Part shown: in pieces, positions 39,174-49,381 of the stretch | How positions within the stretch are numbered: position 1 is the first letter of the stretch | Layout: each line of letters opens with the position of its first letter | From: an uncultured virus (IMG/VR IMGVR_UViG_3300022602_000041) | Lineage: Duplodnaviria; Heunggongvirae; Uroviricota; Caudoviricetes | Strand: one strand, 5' to 3' | IMG/VR virus record: IMGVR_UViG_3300022602_000041 | Length of the DNA stretch: 59,579 nucleotides | Position numbers and translations under genes: made by a program | The notes under the pieces: generated by a model | The model's input: the letters and a program-made list of their open reading frames with translations, nothing else | Databases searched by the model: none | Told to the model about the DNA's origin: nothing

Positions 39174-41576
39174 ATGTCTTATACTATTACATTTACTGAA
39201 TCTAATAATCCAGATAAACAACCTATTACTATTCAAGATGGTGCAGTTGATAACACCACTAGTTTGCAGTATGTAGGAAAAAATTATTCAGGATATGCTC
39301 CTATTATAGCGGGAGATTTTTTACATTTATTAGAAAACTTTGCTAATAGTTCTGCACCAGCTAATCCTGTGCAAGGTCAATTATGGTTTGATAATACATC
39401 TGGTATTGATTTGTTATATGTATATGATGGTAGTACCTGGAACGCTGTAGGTAGTGTTAAAAAATCAGGTACAGCACCTACTAATTCAAATACTGGTGAT
39501 TTGTGGGTTGACACTATTAATAGTCAATTATACTTGTACTCCGGATCTGCATTTGTATTAGTCGGGCCTCAATATAGTTCAGGATTACAATCTGGGCCAA
39601 TATTAGAAACTATTATAGATACTAATAATATTAGCCATACTGTAACAACAGTATATGCAACTAGTGTTATCACTACAACTACTAGTTACAGAATGATGAT
39701 TATTAGTAAAGATGCTTTTACTCCTAAATCTGCCATACTTGGATTCACTACAATTAATGAAGGTATTAATTTAACTACAGTTGATTCAACTAATGCAAGT
39801 AGTTTAACTAGATTCTGGGGTACTGCACAACAAGCTGATGCATTATTAGTAGGTACTACTACGGTTCCCGCGGCAAACTTTTTAAGAAATGATATAACAT
39901 CTGTAGCAAATTATCCTATCAACGTAAGAAACGATGGTGGTATTACTTTAGGAGCTGGTTTAGGATTCAACATTGGTGTCAATGGTTCGACTACTGTTTT
40001 TTATTCTAAAAATAATGGTAATGCAGTTGAATTTGCAACAAACAATATGGGTATTATTGTTACAGGGTTGCATTTAAATGCTAATGCACGGTTAGGTGTT
40101 GGCGCTAATAATACTAATCCGTTATCTACATTAGATGTCATTGGCGGAACAACTATTAAAGATGATCCTAGCACACAAGCAATTGCATGGACAAGTAATA
40201 CAAGTGTTACATTAAATTCTTATATTACATCAAATAATTATTATTATCAAGTTATAACAGCAGGTACAACTGGGACATCGGCTCCTAGTTTTTCTAGTGG
40301 CACTGCTACCGATGGTACTGCTGTTTTACAATTTATAGGAAGTATTCCTTCAGCTCCTGTTCCAGGAAGATTGATAGTACAAGGTACTAGCGACATAGGA
40401 ACAACTAGCGGTAGCCCATTTGATCCAGGTGGTGCTAGTATCCAGACAAGCGGTGGCATATCAATTCAATTAAATGCTACAATAGGAAATACTTTAACAG
40501 TAGGCGGAACAACTACAGGCACATCTGGTGCAATTAATGTCGGCGCAGATATGAATTCTGTAGCTATACTTCCTAATTCGAATTTAGCATATGATATTGG
40601 AAGTAGTTCATTCCAATTTAGAAATGTATATGCACAATCTTTTAATGGCAATTTTACAGGAACGTTTTCTGGAACAGTAACTGGTAATGTGTCAGGATCT
40701 GCTACAAAATTAACTTCTCCTACAACATTTTCTTTATCTGGAGATGTAACTAGTGACGATTTAGTCTTTAATGGACAAACACAAACAGGTTCTGCAATAT
40801 TCAATACTTCTATTAGTTCAAGTATCATTACTCAAAAAACAGTAGCAATAGATTCTTCACTAAACGATCAATTGTTGGTATATCAAGCAAGCTCGAATCA
40901 GCTAGTAAGTATGTCTAAACAAGTTTTGTTTAATCATACTGCAACAGTTCCAGTAGGCTCTATATTTCCATATGCAGGTCTTGCTACTAATTTACCAACT
41001 GGATATTTGTTATGCGATGGTAGTGAAGTACAGATTAGTAAGTATCCTGCGTTATTTGCAGTATTACAGTATACTTATAAAGCATCTGCTTTATTAAATG
41101 GATTAAGTACATTTGCGTTACCTGATTTACGTGGAAGATTTGCGCTAGGTGCAGATAACATGAATAACGGATTAACTGTACCTTCAGCTTCTTCGTCTAC
41201 TACTTTAATTTCTGCAGGCGGTGGATCTGCAAATCGTGTATCTACAGTTACAGCAGATACAGTAGGTGCCGGAGACGGAAGTCAAAATATTACGTTATCG
41301 GCATCGAATTTACCAGACCATAAACATAGTCTTAGCGATGGATATCAACAATTTTATGCTGTAGGAACTCCAGGCTGGGTTCCAGGAACTGCTGAAAGTC
41401 AACTTACTAATATTACTCCAGGGCTCGGATTAGCTACATCGAGCCAAACAGGCCAAGGTTATGGTTTATCCGATAGTGGTAGTGTTAGTGTTCCGGCTCC
41501 AGCGGCATCGTTACCAGTTACAATAATGAATCCTTTCTTAACTATAAATTACATAATTTTCACTGGTGTTATATAA
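39174..41576 (+). CDS. Tail fibre with tail-collar domain
   Basis: Shared fibre N-terminus (LLENFAN..P..P..GQLW.D). C-terminal collar VPVGSIFPYAG...GYLLCDGS...YPALF...FALPDLRGRF...NLPDHKH...P.LTINYII. Confidence 0.85.
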   Translation: MSYTITFTESNNPDKQPITIQDGAVDNTTSLQYVGKNYSGYAPIIAGDFLHLLENFANSSAPANPVQGQLWFDNTSGIDLLYVYDGSTWNAVGSVKKSGTAPTNSNTGDLWVDTINSQLYLYSGSAFVLVGPQYSSGLQSGPILETIIDTNNISHTVTTVYATSVITTTTSYRMMIISKDAFTPKSAILGFTTINEGINLTTVDSTNASSLTRFWGTAQQADALLVGTTTVPAANFLRNDITSVANYPINVRNDGGITLGAGLGFNIGVNGSTTVFYSKNNGNAVEFATNNMGIIVTGLHLNANARLGVGANNTNPLSTLDVIGGTTIKDDPSTQAIAWTSNTSVTLNSYITSNNYYYQVITAGTTGTSAPSFSSGTATDGTAVLQFIGSIPSAPVPGRLIVQGTSDIGTTSGSPFDPGGASIQTSGGISIQLNATIGNTLTVGGTTTGTSGAINVGADMNSVAILPNSNLAYDIGSSSFQFRNVYAQSFNGNFTGTFSGTVTGNVSGSATKLTSPTTFSLSGDVTSDDLVFNGQTQTGSAIFNTSISSSIITQKTVAIDSSLNDQLLVYQASSNQLVSMSKQVLFNHTATVPVGSIFPYAGLATNLPTGYLLCDGSEVQISKYPALFAVLQYTYKASALLNGLSTFALPDLRGRFALGADNMNNGLTVPSASSSTTLISAGGGSANRVSTVTADTVGAGDGSQNITLSASNLPDHKHSLSDGYQQFYAVGTPGWVPGTAESQLTNITPGLGLATSSQTGQGYGLSDSGSVSVPAPAASLPVTIMNPFLTINYIIFTGVI

Positions 41577-42640
41577 TGAGCTATACAATAAACTTAACTG
41601 ACGGTACACTATTAACTCAAATTGTTGATGGTCAAGTTGATCAAACTACAACGGATTTAACACTTATAGGAAAAAATTCTACTAGTTATGGATTATATCT
41701 CAATGATAATTTTGTATATCTATTAGAAAACTTTGCAAATACATCTCAACCACCGAATCCGTTAACCGGGCAAGTGTGGTACGACACAACTCAAAATGTT
41801 TTAAAAGTTTATAACGGATCTAGTTTTGCAAATATCGGAGGAGCGCAAGTATCTTCAACAGTGCCTAGCAATATAACTACTGGTGATTTTTGGATCGATA
41901 GTGTAAATGCACAATTATATTTTAATGATGGCATTTCTAATGTATTAGCAGGCCCGATATATACAAAAAGCCAAGGCTTAAATGGATTTCAAGTTGAATC
42001 TATTCTTGATTCGAATAGTATATCTCGCACAATTGTTTATCTATATGTGGGAGGAACATTATTAGGAATTTTCAGTGATACTTCGTTCACCCCAGGATCA
42101 GCTATCAGCGGATTTACAGGCAATATTTCAGTTGGATTTAATGCTAGTAACATTCAAGGACTAATTTTTGATGCTCCAGTATTAACTGCTAGTCAATTAT
42201 TAGCAGCCGACGGTGTAACTACATACGTTGTAGAAGATTTCGTAACAACTAGCGGTAATTCTTCCATAGATGGCCAGCTAACAATTACAAATAATTCACC
42301 ATTAATTCTTGGACCTAATAGTAATAATGAAATAAATGTTAGTTCTAACATTTTTCAAATATCTTCAAACACAGCAAACCAGAATTTTGTAATTAGTACA
42401 TTAGCAGGATCAACTCTTTCTTCTGCATTTTTTATTAACGCTAGTGGTAATACAGTAGGAATTTTTAATAGTATACCTCAAGCTACTTTAGATGTAAACG
42501 GTACTTTTAGAATATCTAGTTCAGCACCGGCATCATCATCTAGCCCAGGAGTTACTGGTCAAATTGCATGGGATTCGGGATATGTTTATGTATGCGTGGC
42601 AACAAATACCTGGAAACGTGCTGGTTTAAGCACCTGGTAA
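41576..42640 (+). CDS. Tail-fibre-like protein
   Basis: Paralogous N-terminus to 39174 and 42687; C-terminal PASSSSPGVTGQIAWDSGYVYVCVATNTWKR module. Confidence 0.75.
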   Translation: MSYTINLTDGTLLTQIVDGQVDQTTTDLTLIGKNSTSYGLYLNDNFVYLLENFANTSQPPNPLTGQVWYDTTQNVLKVYNGSSFANIGGAQVSSTVPSNITTGDFWIDSVNAQLYFNDGISNVLAGPIYTKSQGLNGFQVESILDSNSISRTIVYLYVGGTLLGIFSDTSFTPGSAISGFTGNISVGFNASNIQGLIFDAPVLTASQLLAADGVTTYVVEDFVTTSGNSSIDGQLTITNNSPLILGPNSNNEINVSSNIFQISSNTANQNFVISTLAGSTLSSAFFINASGNTVGIFNSIPQATLDVNGTFRISSSAPASSSSPGVTGQIAWDSGYVYVCVATNTWKRAGLSTW

Positions 42641-42655
42641 AGAGCCAAAATAATG

Positions 42656-42662
42656 ATAAATA
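42656..42662 (+). promoter_or_regulatory. Late promoter ATAAATA
   Basis: GATAAATA upstream of the AGGAG RBS and ATG 42687. Confidence 0.65.
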
Positions 42663-42686
42663 CTCAAGAATAAGGAAACAGGAGCA

Positions 42687-44168
42687 ATGGCATATACAAT
42701 TAATCACTATAATGGATCCTCGCTAGTAACAGTTGCGGACGGAACCGTTAATACTACCACTGATTTAACGTTGGTCGGTAAAAATTATGCAGGATATGGA
42801 CAAATTCAAAATGAGAATTTTGTTTATTTGTTAGAAAACTTTGCAAATTCCACATCTCCTTCAAGTCCTTTAACCGGGCAAATATGGTTTGATAGCGGTA
42901 CAAGTAAGTTAAAATTCTGGGACGGCACCCAATTCCGTACTACAGGTGGTGCTGAAATCGGTACTACTGCTCCTACTGGGTTAACACAAGGCGATTTCTG
43001 GTTTGATACTAGTACAAATCAGTTATTTGCATGGACAGGTAGTTCTTATGTACTAGTTGGTCCACAGGCAGTTGCAGGTTCTGGTACTACAGAAATGTTA
43101 AGTACTAGTGTTAAAGATACAAACGGATCTAGCCATACTATTATTGAAGCTATCGATAACGGTAATGTAATTTTTATAATTAGCGCGGATAGTCCTTTCG
43201 TATTGAATAACACGATAAATCCAATTACTGGATTTACTACAATACAGCAAGGTGTGACATTATGTTATACTAATAATAATAGTCAGCCTGGAGTTACACA
43301 AACTGCACATAGATTTTATGGTACAGCATCTAACGCTGATCAATTAGGCGGTTTTCCTGCAAGCAATTATATCACAGCAGGAAGTGCATCATTTAGTACA
43401 GTTGTTAATTTTGCTGACGTTGGATATACAGTTGGTAATCCTGTTGCTCGTCTGAGAGTGTTTAACAATAATGCAACTACTCCAACTATACAAAATGAAA
43501 GTAATAATACTATTGTTTTCCAGACAACAGTTGGATCTTCGTTAGTTACTCCATTACAGTTAGTAGGATCAGATGTTTTACCAGGAGTTACTACAACTAG
43601 TAATTTAGGTAATTCAAATTATCAATGGGCGAATGTTTGGGCTACTACATTTAATGGTAATGCTACAACAGCATCAGGATTATTATATAATAGTACCACT
43701 ACTACACCAAGTGCTACTGCTACACCTAATACAATTGCAGTTAGAGATAGTAATGGTAATTTAAATGCTACAATATTTAACGGTGCAAGTACAACAAGTT
43801 ATTACGCTGACTTGGCAGAAAAATATTTGCCCGATGCAGTCTATGAGCCAGGAACAGTAATGGCAGTTGGCGGCGACAAAGAAGTAAGAGCTTGTGGTGC
43901 AAATGATATGGCTGTTGGTGTTATAAGTACTCAACCAGCATACATGATGAACAGCGAGTTAGTAGGCGGTGTTTATGTTGCACTAAAAGGTCGTGTACCA
44001 GTTAAAATCTTTGGCGGATGTACTAAAGGTGATAGGATTGTACCGTACGGTGCCGGATGGGGACAATCAGACAATAATGCACCAGGTAACGGTAACCCTA
44101 TTTTTGCCATTGCTTTAGAAGATTGCGATAATACTGATGTTGCACTAGTAGAATGTATAATACTTTAA
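42687..44168 (+). CDS. Tail-fibre-like protein with probable C-terminal intramolecular chaperone/autocleavage (peptidase G2-like) domain
   Basis: Paralogous N-terminus; C-terminal YADLAEKY....YEPGTV..VGG...GVIST.PA..MN...VALKGRVPVK. Confidence 0.75.
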   Translation: MAYTINHYNGSSLVTVADGTVNTTTDLTLVGKNYAGYGQIQNENFVYLLENFANSTSPSSPLTGQIWFDSGTSKLKFWDGTQFRTTGGAEIGTTAPTGLTQGDFWFDTSTNQLFAWTGSSYVLVGPQAVAGSGTTEMLSTSVKDTNGSSHTIIEAIDNGNVIFIISADSPFVLNNTINPITGFTTIQQGVTLCYTNNNSQPGVTQTAHRFYGTASNADQLGGFPASNYITAGSASFSTVVNFADVGYTVGNPVARLRVFNNNATTPTIQNESNNTIVFQTTVGSSLVTPLQLVGSDVLPGVTTTSNLGNSNYQWANVWATTFNGNATTASGLLYNSTTTTPSATATPNTIAVRDSNGNLNATIFNGASTTSYYADLAEKYLPDAVYEPGTVMAVGGDKEVRACGANDMAVGVISTQPAYMMNSELVGGVYVALKGRVPVKIFGGCTKGDRIVPYGAGWGQSDNNAPGNGNPIFAIALEDCDNTDVALVECIIL

Positions 44169-44185
44169 GAAGTAAAGGATAAAAA

Positions 44186-45145
44186 ATGGCTGGACAAGGT
44201 ACGCGGATTACTGCTAGTGACTTTAACGCGATTCAATCACTTATTGGCAATGTATTAGGTACAGGATCTGGTACTTATGGATACGGTCAAACCGTGACAA
44301 GCGCACAAGTTTCTGTTGGCGATAAAATTACAGCCGCAGGTTGGAACGCATTGTATAATGATATGATAGCGGCCCGACAACATCAAACAAACCAAAATGA
44401 AAGTGGAAATATACCAACAGTAACAACTAGTTCACTAGTGACAGAAGCTATTAGATTGGCTTACTTTAACTATGCTACTACAATACATACATCTGCTTTG
44501 ACAATTGCTCCATCGGGGCAATCAACAGTATATCCTTATAATGTATCTACTAGATATACACCTTGGAGTAATACTACAATTATTCACAATGTGACACTTA
44601 GTTTTGCTAATTCTAATTATGCAAGATATTATTTTAATTCAGGCGGTACTATTCAATTTCTTGCATCATTAACTGGATTTTCAGGTAGTGATAACAGTAC
44701 AGCTTTAGATACAGATTGGTCTAGATTACTTGCGGCAATGGGAACTATTTCGATGAATTACAATAGTACTTCGCAAGTTGCAGGATCGGCAACTTATCCT
44801 TCACCTGGGTCTAATCCTACTGGATCACCTGCACTTAGTGTTGGATTTTATCAACTTACTACTAGCCCTCAAGTAATTTTTACAAAAACAGCTAGTTCTT
44901 ATTCAGGTAATCAATATCAAATATTTGCTAACGTTAATGCAAATTCTAATCCAAACATTATTACATTCCAAATTAAGTTTGAAGATCTTTCAGCAGGCCC
45001 TGGCGGCTACATTTATGAACCAGTTGAAGGCACATTAGCTAGTACTGTTCAAGGTACTTATGCTTCGGGGCCAAATGTATCAGTAAGTAGCTCAAATTCA
45101 GCAGGTTTAAGTTACATTCCTTCAGTAACTAGTTCAGGACCTTAA
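44186..45145 (+). CDS. Virion structural protein
   Basis: ITASDFN.IQ..I..VLG.G....GYGQ, G.KITA..WN.L..D, ARYYFNSGG.I; S/T-rich; end of the fibre cluster. Confidence 0.6.
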   Translation: MAGQGTRITASDFNAIQSLIGNVLGTGSGTYGYGQTVTSAQVSVGDKITAAGWNALYNDMIAARQHQTNQNESGNIPTVTTSSLVTEAIRLAYFNYATTIHTSALTIAPSGQSTVYPYNVSTRYTPWSNTTIIHNVTLSFANSNYARYYFNSGGTIQFLASLTGFSGSDNSTALDTDWSRLLAAMGTISMNYNSTSQVAGSATYPSPGSNPTGSPALSVGFYQLTTSPQVIFTKTASSYSGNQYQIFANVNANSNPNIITFQIKFEDLSAGPGGYIYEPVEGTLASTVQGTYASGPNVSVSSSNSAGLSYIPSVTSSGP

Positions 45146-45206
45146 TCTCTTAATCCCTTAACAAGATAATTAAAGTAGTGTATTATATACATTACGGAGA
45201 TTATCT

Positions 45207-45551
45207 ATGGATGAAAGAATCGAAAAAGCCTTTGCCACAGCCAATTTTATGGCAACGCTATCTAATCAGCGTCGTATAATATTAGAAGAATATAATCAAA
45301 AATTAATTTATTATGTTGCCGGTGCCACATTTAAAATTACTCCCGCATTAATCAGTTTTGTAAAAACAATGTTAGAAAAATCAGATGATTTAATTTTAAT
45401 TGATTCAAATAATCTTCCTGTTAAAATTGATAATACTGCAAAGTTTTTAAATGATATTATATCAATATATGATACTGCTTCCGCAGAATATTTTGAAAAA
45501 TACGCTAATATAAAAAATAAAAGAAAAATTATTGATATAGTAGAATTATGA
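45207..45551 (+). CDS. Hypothetical protein
   Basis: 114 aa with GGAG RBS; coupled to the following genes. Confidence 0.7.
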   Translation: MDERIEKAFATANFMATLSNQRRIILEEYNQKLIYYVAGATFKITPALISFVKTMLEKSDDLILIDSNNLPVKIDNTAKFLNDIISIYDTASAEYFEKYANIKNKRKIIDIVEL

Positions 45552-46393
45552 CAACTGGAGCAATAATTTTTGCACAAAACAATTCAGGAATTGATTATGT
45601 AAAGCTGGCTGTATTTGCGGCTAAACGTATTAAACAATATTTAAATATTCCTGTTTCTATCATAACTGATAGTAAAGGATGGCTTGAAACTAGCAATCCT
45701 GATCATCCTTTTGATCAAATCATCGATCATTTTTCGGATACTACTCAATTAAAAAAGTTTTATGATGGTTCAATTTTTAACAAGAATCTAGAATGGAAAA
45801 ATGAATCTCGTACCAATGTATATAAATTAACTCCTTACGATACGACCCTTGTTATTGACAGTGATTATATTTTAAATTCCGATATTTTAAGTATGGCGCT
45901 AACTAGAGATTATGATTTTCAAATATATCAAAACAGTATAGATTTGGCGGGCTGGAGAGACAACAGAGAATTTATGAGAATTAATCAATATAGTATTCCT
46001 TTTTATTGGGCAACTGTATTTGTGTTTAAAAAGAATAATGTAGTAGAAAGTTTTTTTAATCTATTAGATCATATCAAAATTAATTGGAGTTATTTTAGAT
46101 CATTGTATAGTATAAATCTTGATACATATCGAAATGATATCGCATTTAGCATTGCAATACATATAATGAATGGAAATACTGCTGGAGATTTTGCTACGGA
46201 ACTTCCAGGTAAAATGTCTTATATATTAGATAAAGACATTTTAGTTGAAGCAACTGATAATAAAATGAAATTCCTAATAGAAAAAGAAAAATATTTAGGA
46301 GAATATACACTAATAAAAACTACAGGTATAGATGTTCATGTTATGAATAAATCTAGTCTTAGCCGATATATCGACGGAGGTTCGGGTGTCTAA
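45548..46393 (+). CDS. GT-A fold glycosyltransferase-like protein (GT8-like)
   Basis: Y..LA...A..IK, VSIITD, FDQII, LTPYDTTLVIDSD (DxD), RND.AFSIA. Confidence 0.6.
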   Translation: MTTGAIIFAQNNSGIDYVKLAVFAAKRIKQYLNIPVSIITDSKGWLETSNPDHPFDQIIDHFSDTTQLKKFYDGSIFNKNLEWKNESRTNVYKLTPYDTTLVIDSDYILNSDILSMALTRDYDFQIYQNSIDLAGWRDNREFMRINQYSIPFYWATVFVFKKNNVVESFFNLLDHIKINWSYFRSLYSINLDTYRNDIAFSIAIHIMNGNTAGDFATELPGKMSYILDKDILVEATDNKMKFLIEKEKYLGEYTLIKTTGIDVHVMNKSSLSRYIDGGSGV

Positions 46394-47228
46394 AGGATTC
46401 TTAGTTTTTGCACAAAATTCGGATACTGTTGATTATATTCAACAAGCCTATGCCTTGGCATTAAGTATAAAATATACTCAAGTTGATATTAAAAACATTT
46501 CAATTGTTACTAACGATGTAGTGCCAGACACTTACAAACATGTATTTGATCAAATAATTCCAATTCCATTTTTTAATGCAGAAGTAAATAGTGAATTAAA
46601 AACTGAGCATAGATATCAATTATATAATGCAACACCTTACTATGAAACTATTGTTTTAGATAGTGATATGTTAATATTAGAAGATTTATCAAATTGGTGG
46701 AACTATTGTAATAGTAAAGATGTTGTTTTTTGTGATAAAATACTAAATTATAAATTGGAATACATAATTAAAGATACAGTACATCGACAAACATTTATCA
46801 CTAATAAATTATCTAACCCATACTATGCATTGCATTATTTTAAAAAATCTGAATTTGCACAAGACTTTTATAAAGTATTAGAGTTTGTTTGTAACAATTG
46901 GGAAAAATGTTGGTCTATATTTGCTCCAGAAAAGTATCAGAATTGGTCTAGTATGGATTTAGCAACTGCTATAACAATTGAAATTACAGGAGCACATGAA
47001 CAAGTTTTGGATATTAATAACCCAATGGAATTTATACATATGAAATCTCCAATACAAGGTTGGAATGTTTCTCCAGAAAAATGGTCTAATGATGTTTTTA
47101 TTGATTTTAATTCTAAAGGTAAATTACTAATAAACAACATTAAACAAACTAAAGTATTTCATTATGTAGAAAAAGATTTTCTAACAGAATCGATATTATT
47201 AAAAATGGAGGAGTTGATAAATGGATGA
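46386..47228 (+). CDS. GT-A fold glycosyltransferase-like protein (GT8-like), paralogue of the preceding gene
   Basis: Y..QAYALALSIK, FDQII, ATPYYETIVLDSDML (DxD), FIHMK, FHYVEK. Confidence 0.6.
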   Translation: MSKGFLVFAQNSDTVDYIQQAYALALSIKYTQVDIKNISIVTNDVVPDTYKHVFDQIIPIPFFNAEVNSELKTEHRYQLYNATPYYETIVLDSDMLILEDLSNWWNYCNSKDVVFCDKILNYKLEYIIKDTVHRQTFITNKLSNPYYALHYFKKSEFAQDFYKVLEFVCNNWEKCWSIFAPEKYQNWSSMDLATAITIEITGAHEQVLDINNPMEFIHMKSPIQGWNVSPEKWSNDVFIDFNSKGKLLINNIKQTKVFHYVEKDFLTESILLKMEELING

Positions 47229-47775
47229 AGAAGAATTTTTTCCACCTCCACCACCGGTATGGGCGCCTAAGTTTTATGCTCATTATAATGCAGACACTGG
47301 CAATATTGTTTCTATTTCTAATGAAAAATTAAAAGAACATACACATTCCATAGAAATTACTTATACTGAATATGAAAACTTTACATTAGGAATTAGTAAG
47401 ATTTTAGACTTTAAGGTTGAAAACGACCAATTAATTTGTATTAATGTCAAAAAACCTAAATTAAAAAATAAAAAATTAAAAGAGATTTCTTCGAATAAAC
47501 TTGCCGATATAGAAGTTTATTATACACATGAGTGGACTTTTTTATTAAACGATCATGCAAGACAAAATTATTATGATAAAAAAATTATCGGAGATTCTGT
47601 ACAATTATATCTTACATTAAAAGATAACAGAGATTATATAATTAGAACTTTTAATTTACCATTCAAAGATTTAATATTGGATAAAATTATTATTCCGTTT
47701 GAAAGTAACATCGAGGAACAAGATAATCTTTCTTTGCTAACTAATTCAGATTTAGCATATAATTTAATAAGGTGA
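47221..47775 (+). CDS. Hypothetical protein
   Basis: 184 aa, overlaps the previous stop, GGAGG RBS. Confidence 0.65.
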   Translation: MDEEEFFPPPPPVWAPKFYAHYNADTGNIVSISNEKLKEHTHSIEITYTEYENFTLGISKILDFKVENDQLICINVKKPKLKNKKLKEISSNKLADIEVYYTHEWTFLLNDHARQNYYDKKIIGDSVQLYLTLKDNRDYIIRTFNLPFKDLILDKIIIPFESNIEEQDNLSLLTNSDLAYNLIR

Positions 47776-47778
47776 CAA

Positions 47779-48672
47779 ATGATAAAAGTAATTGAACAAG
47801 ATATAATTTTTCTCAGCTATAACGAATCTAATGCTGAAAAAAATTATGCAGACTTATTAACTAAAGTGCCGTGGGCAAAACGTGTGCATGGAGTTAAAGG
47901 TAGTGATGCCGCACACAAAGCCTGCGCCGCACAATGTGAAACAGAATACTTTGTTACTGTGGATGGTGATAACATTATCGATCCGCGTTTTTTAGAAGTA
48001 GAAATTGATTTAGATAAATTAGGATTAACATCTAAACATGTGTTTAGTTGGTGCGGAAAAGTACATGTTAACGGATTGATGTACGGTAATGGCGGCCTTA
48101 AAATGTGGACTCCAGAATTTGTTAATAATATGAAAACACATGAAAATTCAGATCCTAATGATACTAAGGGTTTAGTTGAATTTTGTTTTGATGACTTGTA
48201 TTATCAGTTTACAGAAAACTACAGTGAAAGTTTTACTAATGCTACACCTGAACAAGCGTGGAGAGCAGGATTTCGCGAAGGCGTAAAAATGTCATTAGAT
48301 CAGGGTGCCAAAGTTTCTGATCTTAAACAAATACATTGGCAAAATTACAACAGACTTCTTATTTGGTGTAGTGTAGGAGCTGATGTCGAACACGGTATGT
48401 GGAGCATTTTAGGTGCAAGGGAAGGTGCATATTTAACTAATTGTACTGATTGGGATTACAGTAATGTTAGAGATTTTGACTATCTAGCTGAAAGATGGAA
48501 AGATCAACATGAATGGTTAACACCAGAAGGTGCAACTACTTTAATTAATCAATTAGGTAAGGATCTTATGCAAAAATGTAATTTAGAAATTGCTAATTTA
48601 GATCCAGCGGGAAGCAGATTTCATAAAACTGTTTATACTAATGCACCGAGAAGGATCAAATCAAATGTATGA
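47779..48672 (+). CDS. Glycosyltransferase-like protein (GT-A, DxD)
   Basis: DIIFLSYNE, RVHGVKGSDAAHKACA, FVTVDGDN, YGNGGLK.W, AWRAGFREGVK. Confidence 0.55.
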   Translation: MIKVIEQDIIFLSYNESNAEKNYADLLTKVPWAKRVHGVKGSDAAHKACAAQCETEYFVTVDGDNIIDPRFLEVEIDLDKLGLTSKHVFSWCGKVHVNGLMYGNGGLKMWTPEFVNNMKTHENSDPNDTKGLVEFCFDDLYYQFTENYSESFTNATPEQAWRAGFREGVKMSLDQGAKVSDLKQIHWQNYNRLLIWCSVGADVEHGMWSILGAREGAYLTNCTDWDYSNVRDFDYLAERWKDQHEWLTPEGATTLINQLGKDLMQKCNLEIANLDPAGSRFHKTVYTNAPRRIKSNV

Positions 48673-49381
48673 TATTGTGTTTATTTCTTTTGATGAAAAA
48701 ATAGCTAATAATAGATATTTTGAATTTGTGACGAGTTTTAATGGCCCAAATAAAATATATCGTGTACATGGAGTCAAAGGTATACACGCCGCACATATTG
48801 AAGCTGCCAAAAAAGTCACTACTAACATGTTTTATGCAGTCGATGCTGATGCAAAAATATTGCCGAGATTTAAGTTTAATTTAAAATTAGATCCAAGCGA
48901 AGAGGATATTGTTCACGTATGGCGCAGTATTAACCCTATTAATATGTTAGAATACGGCCATGGCGGAATTAAATTACTACCTACTCAATTGGTATTGGAT
49001 ATGGATATTTCTAATCCTGATATGACCACTAGTATAAGTAGTCGTTTTAAATTAATGAATGAAACAAGTAATATAAATGATTTTAATGTAGATCCATTAA
49101 GCACATGGCGTACTGCTTTTAGAGAATGTGTAAAGTTAAGCAGTAAAATAATACCCGGGCAAGTGGATACTGATACAGAAAGTCGATTAACTACTTGGTT
49201 AACTGTAGGCGGAGATATGAAATTCGGAGAATATTCTAAAGGCGGTGCAAGTGCAGGAAAGTGGTTCGGCGAAACATATAAAGATTCACCTGATATGTTA
49301 TCGCAGATTAATGATTATGATTGGTTAGCAGAACAGTTCAAAGTGCATATCGAACTGTTTCCACCCGAGACTTTTAAATGA
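48665..49381 (+). CDS. Glycosyltransferase-like protein, paralogue of the preceding gene
   Basis: MYDIVFISFDE, RVHGVKGIHAAH..AA, FYAVDADA, YGHGGIKL, TWRTAFRECVK; probable start ATG 48665. Confidence 0.55.
   Translation: MYDIVFISFDEKIANNRYFEFVTSFNGPNKIYRVHGVKGIHAAHIEAAKKVTTNMFYAVDADAKILPRFKFNLKLDPSEEDIVHVWRSINPINMLEYGHGGIKLLPTQLVLDMDISNPDMTTSISSRFKLMNETSNINDFNVDPLSTWRTAFRECVKLSSKIIPGQVDTDTESRLTTWLTVGGDMKFGEYSKGGASAGKWFGETYKDSPDMLSQINDYDWLAEQFKVHIELFPPETFK

Noticed and set aside
39174..45145. Diversity-generating retroelement or invertible fibre cassette
   Set aside because: No reverse transcriptase or invertase, and no template/variable repeat pair or inverted repeats seen in this window.
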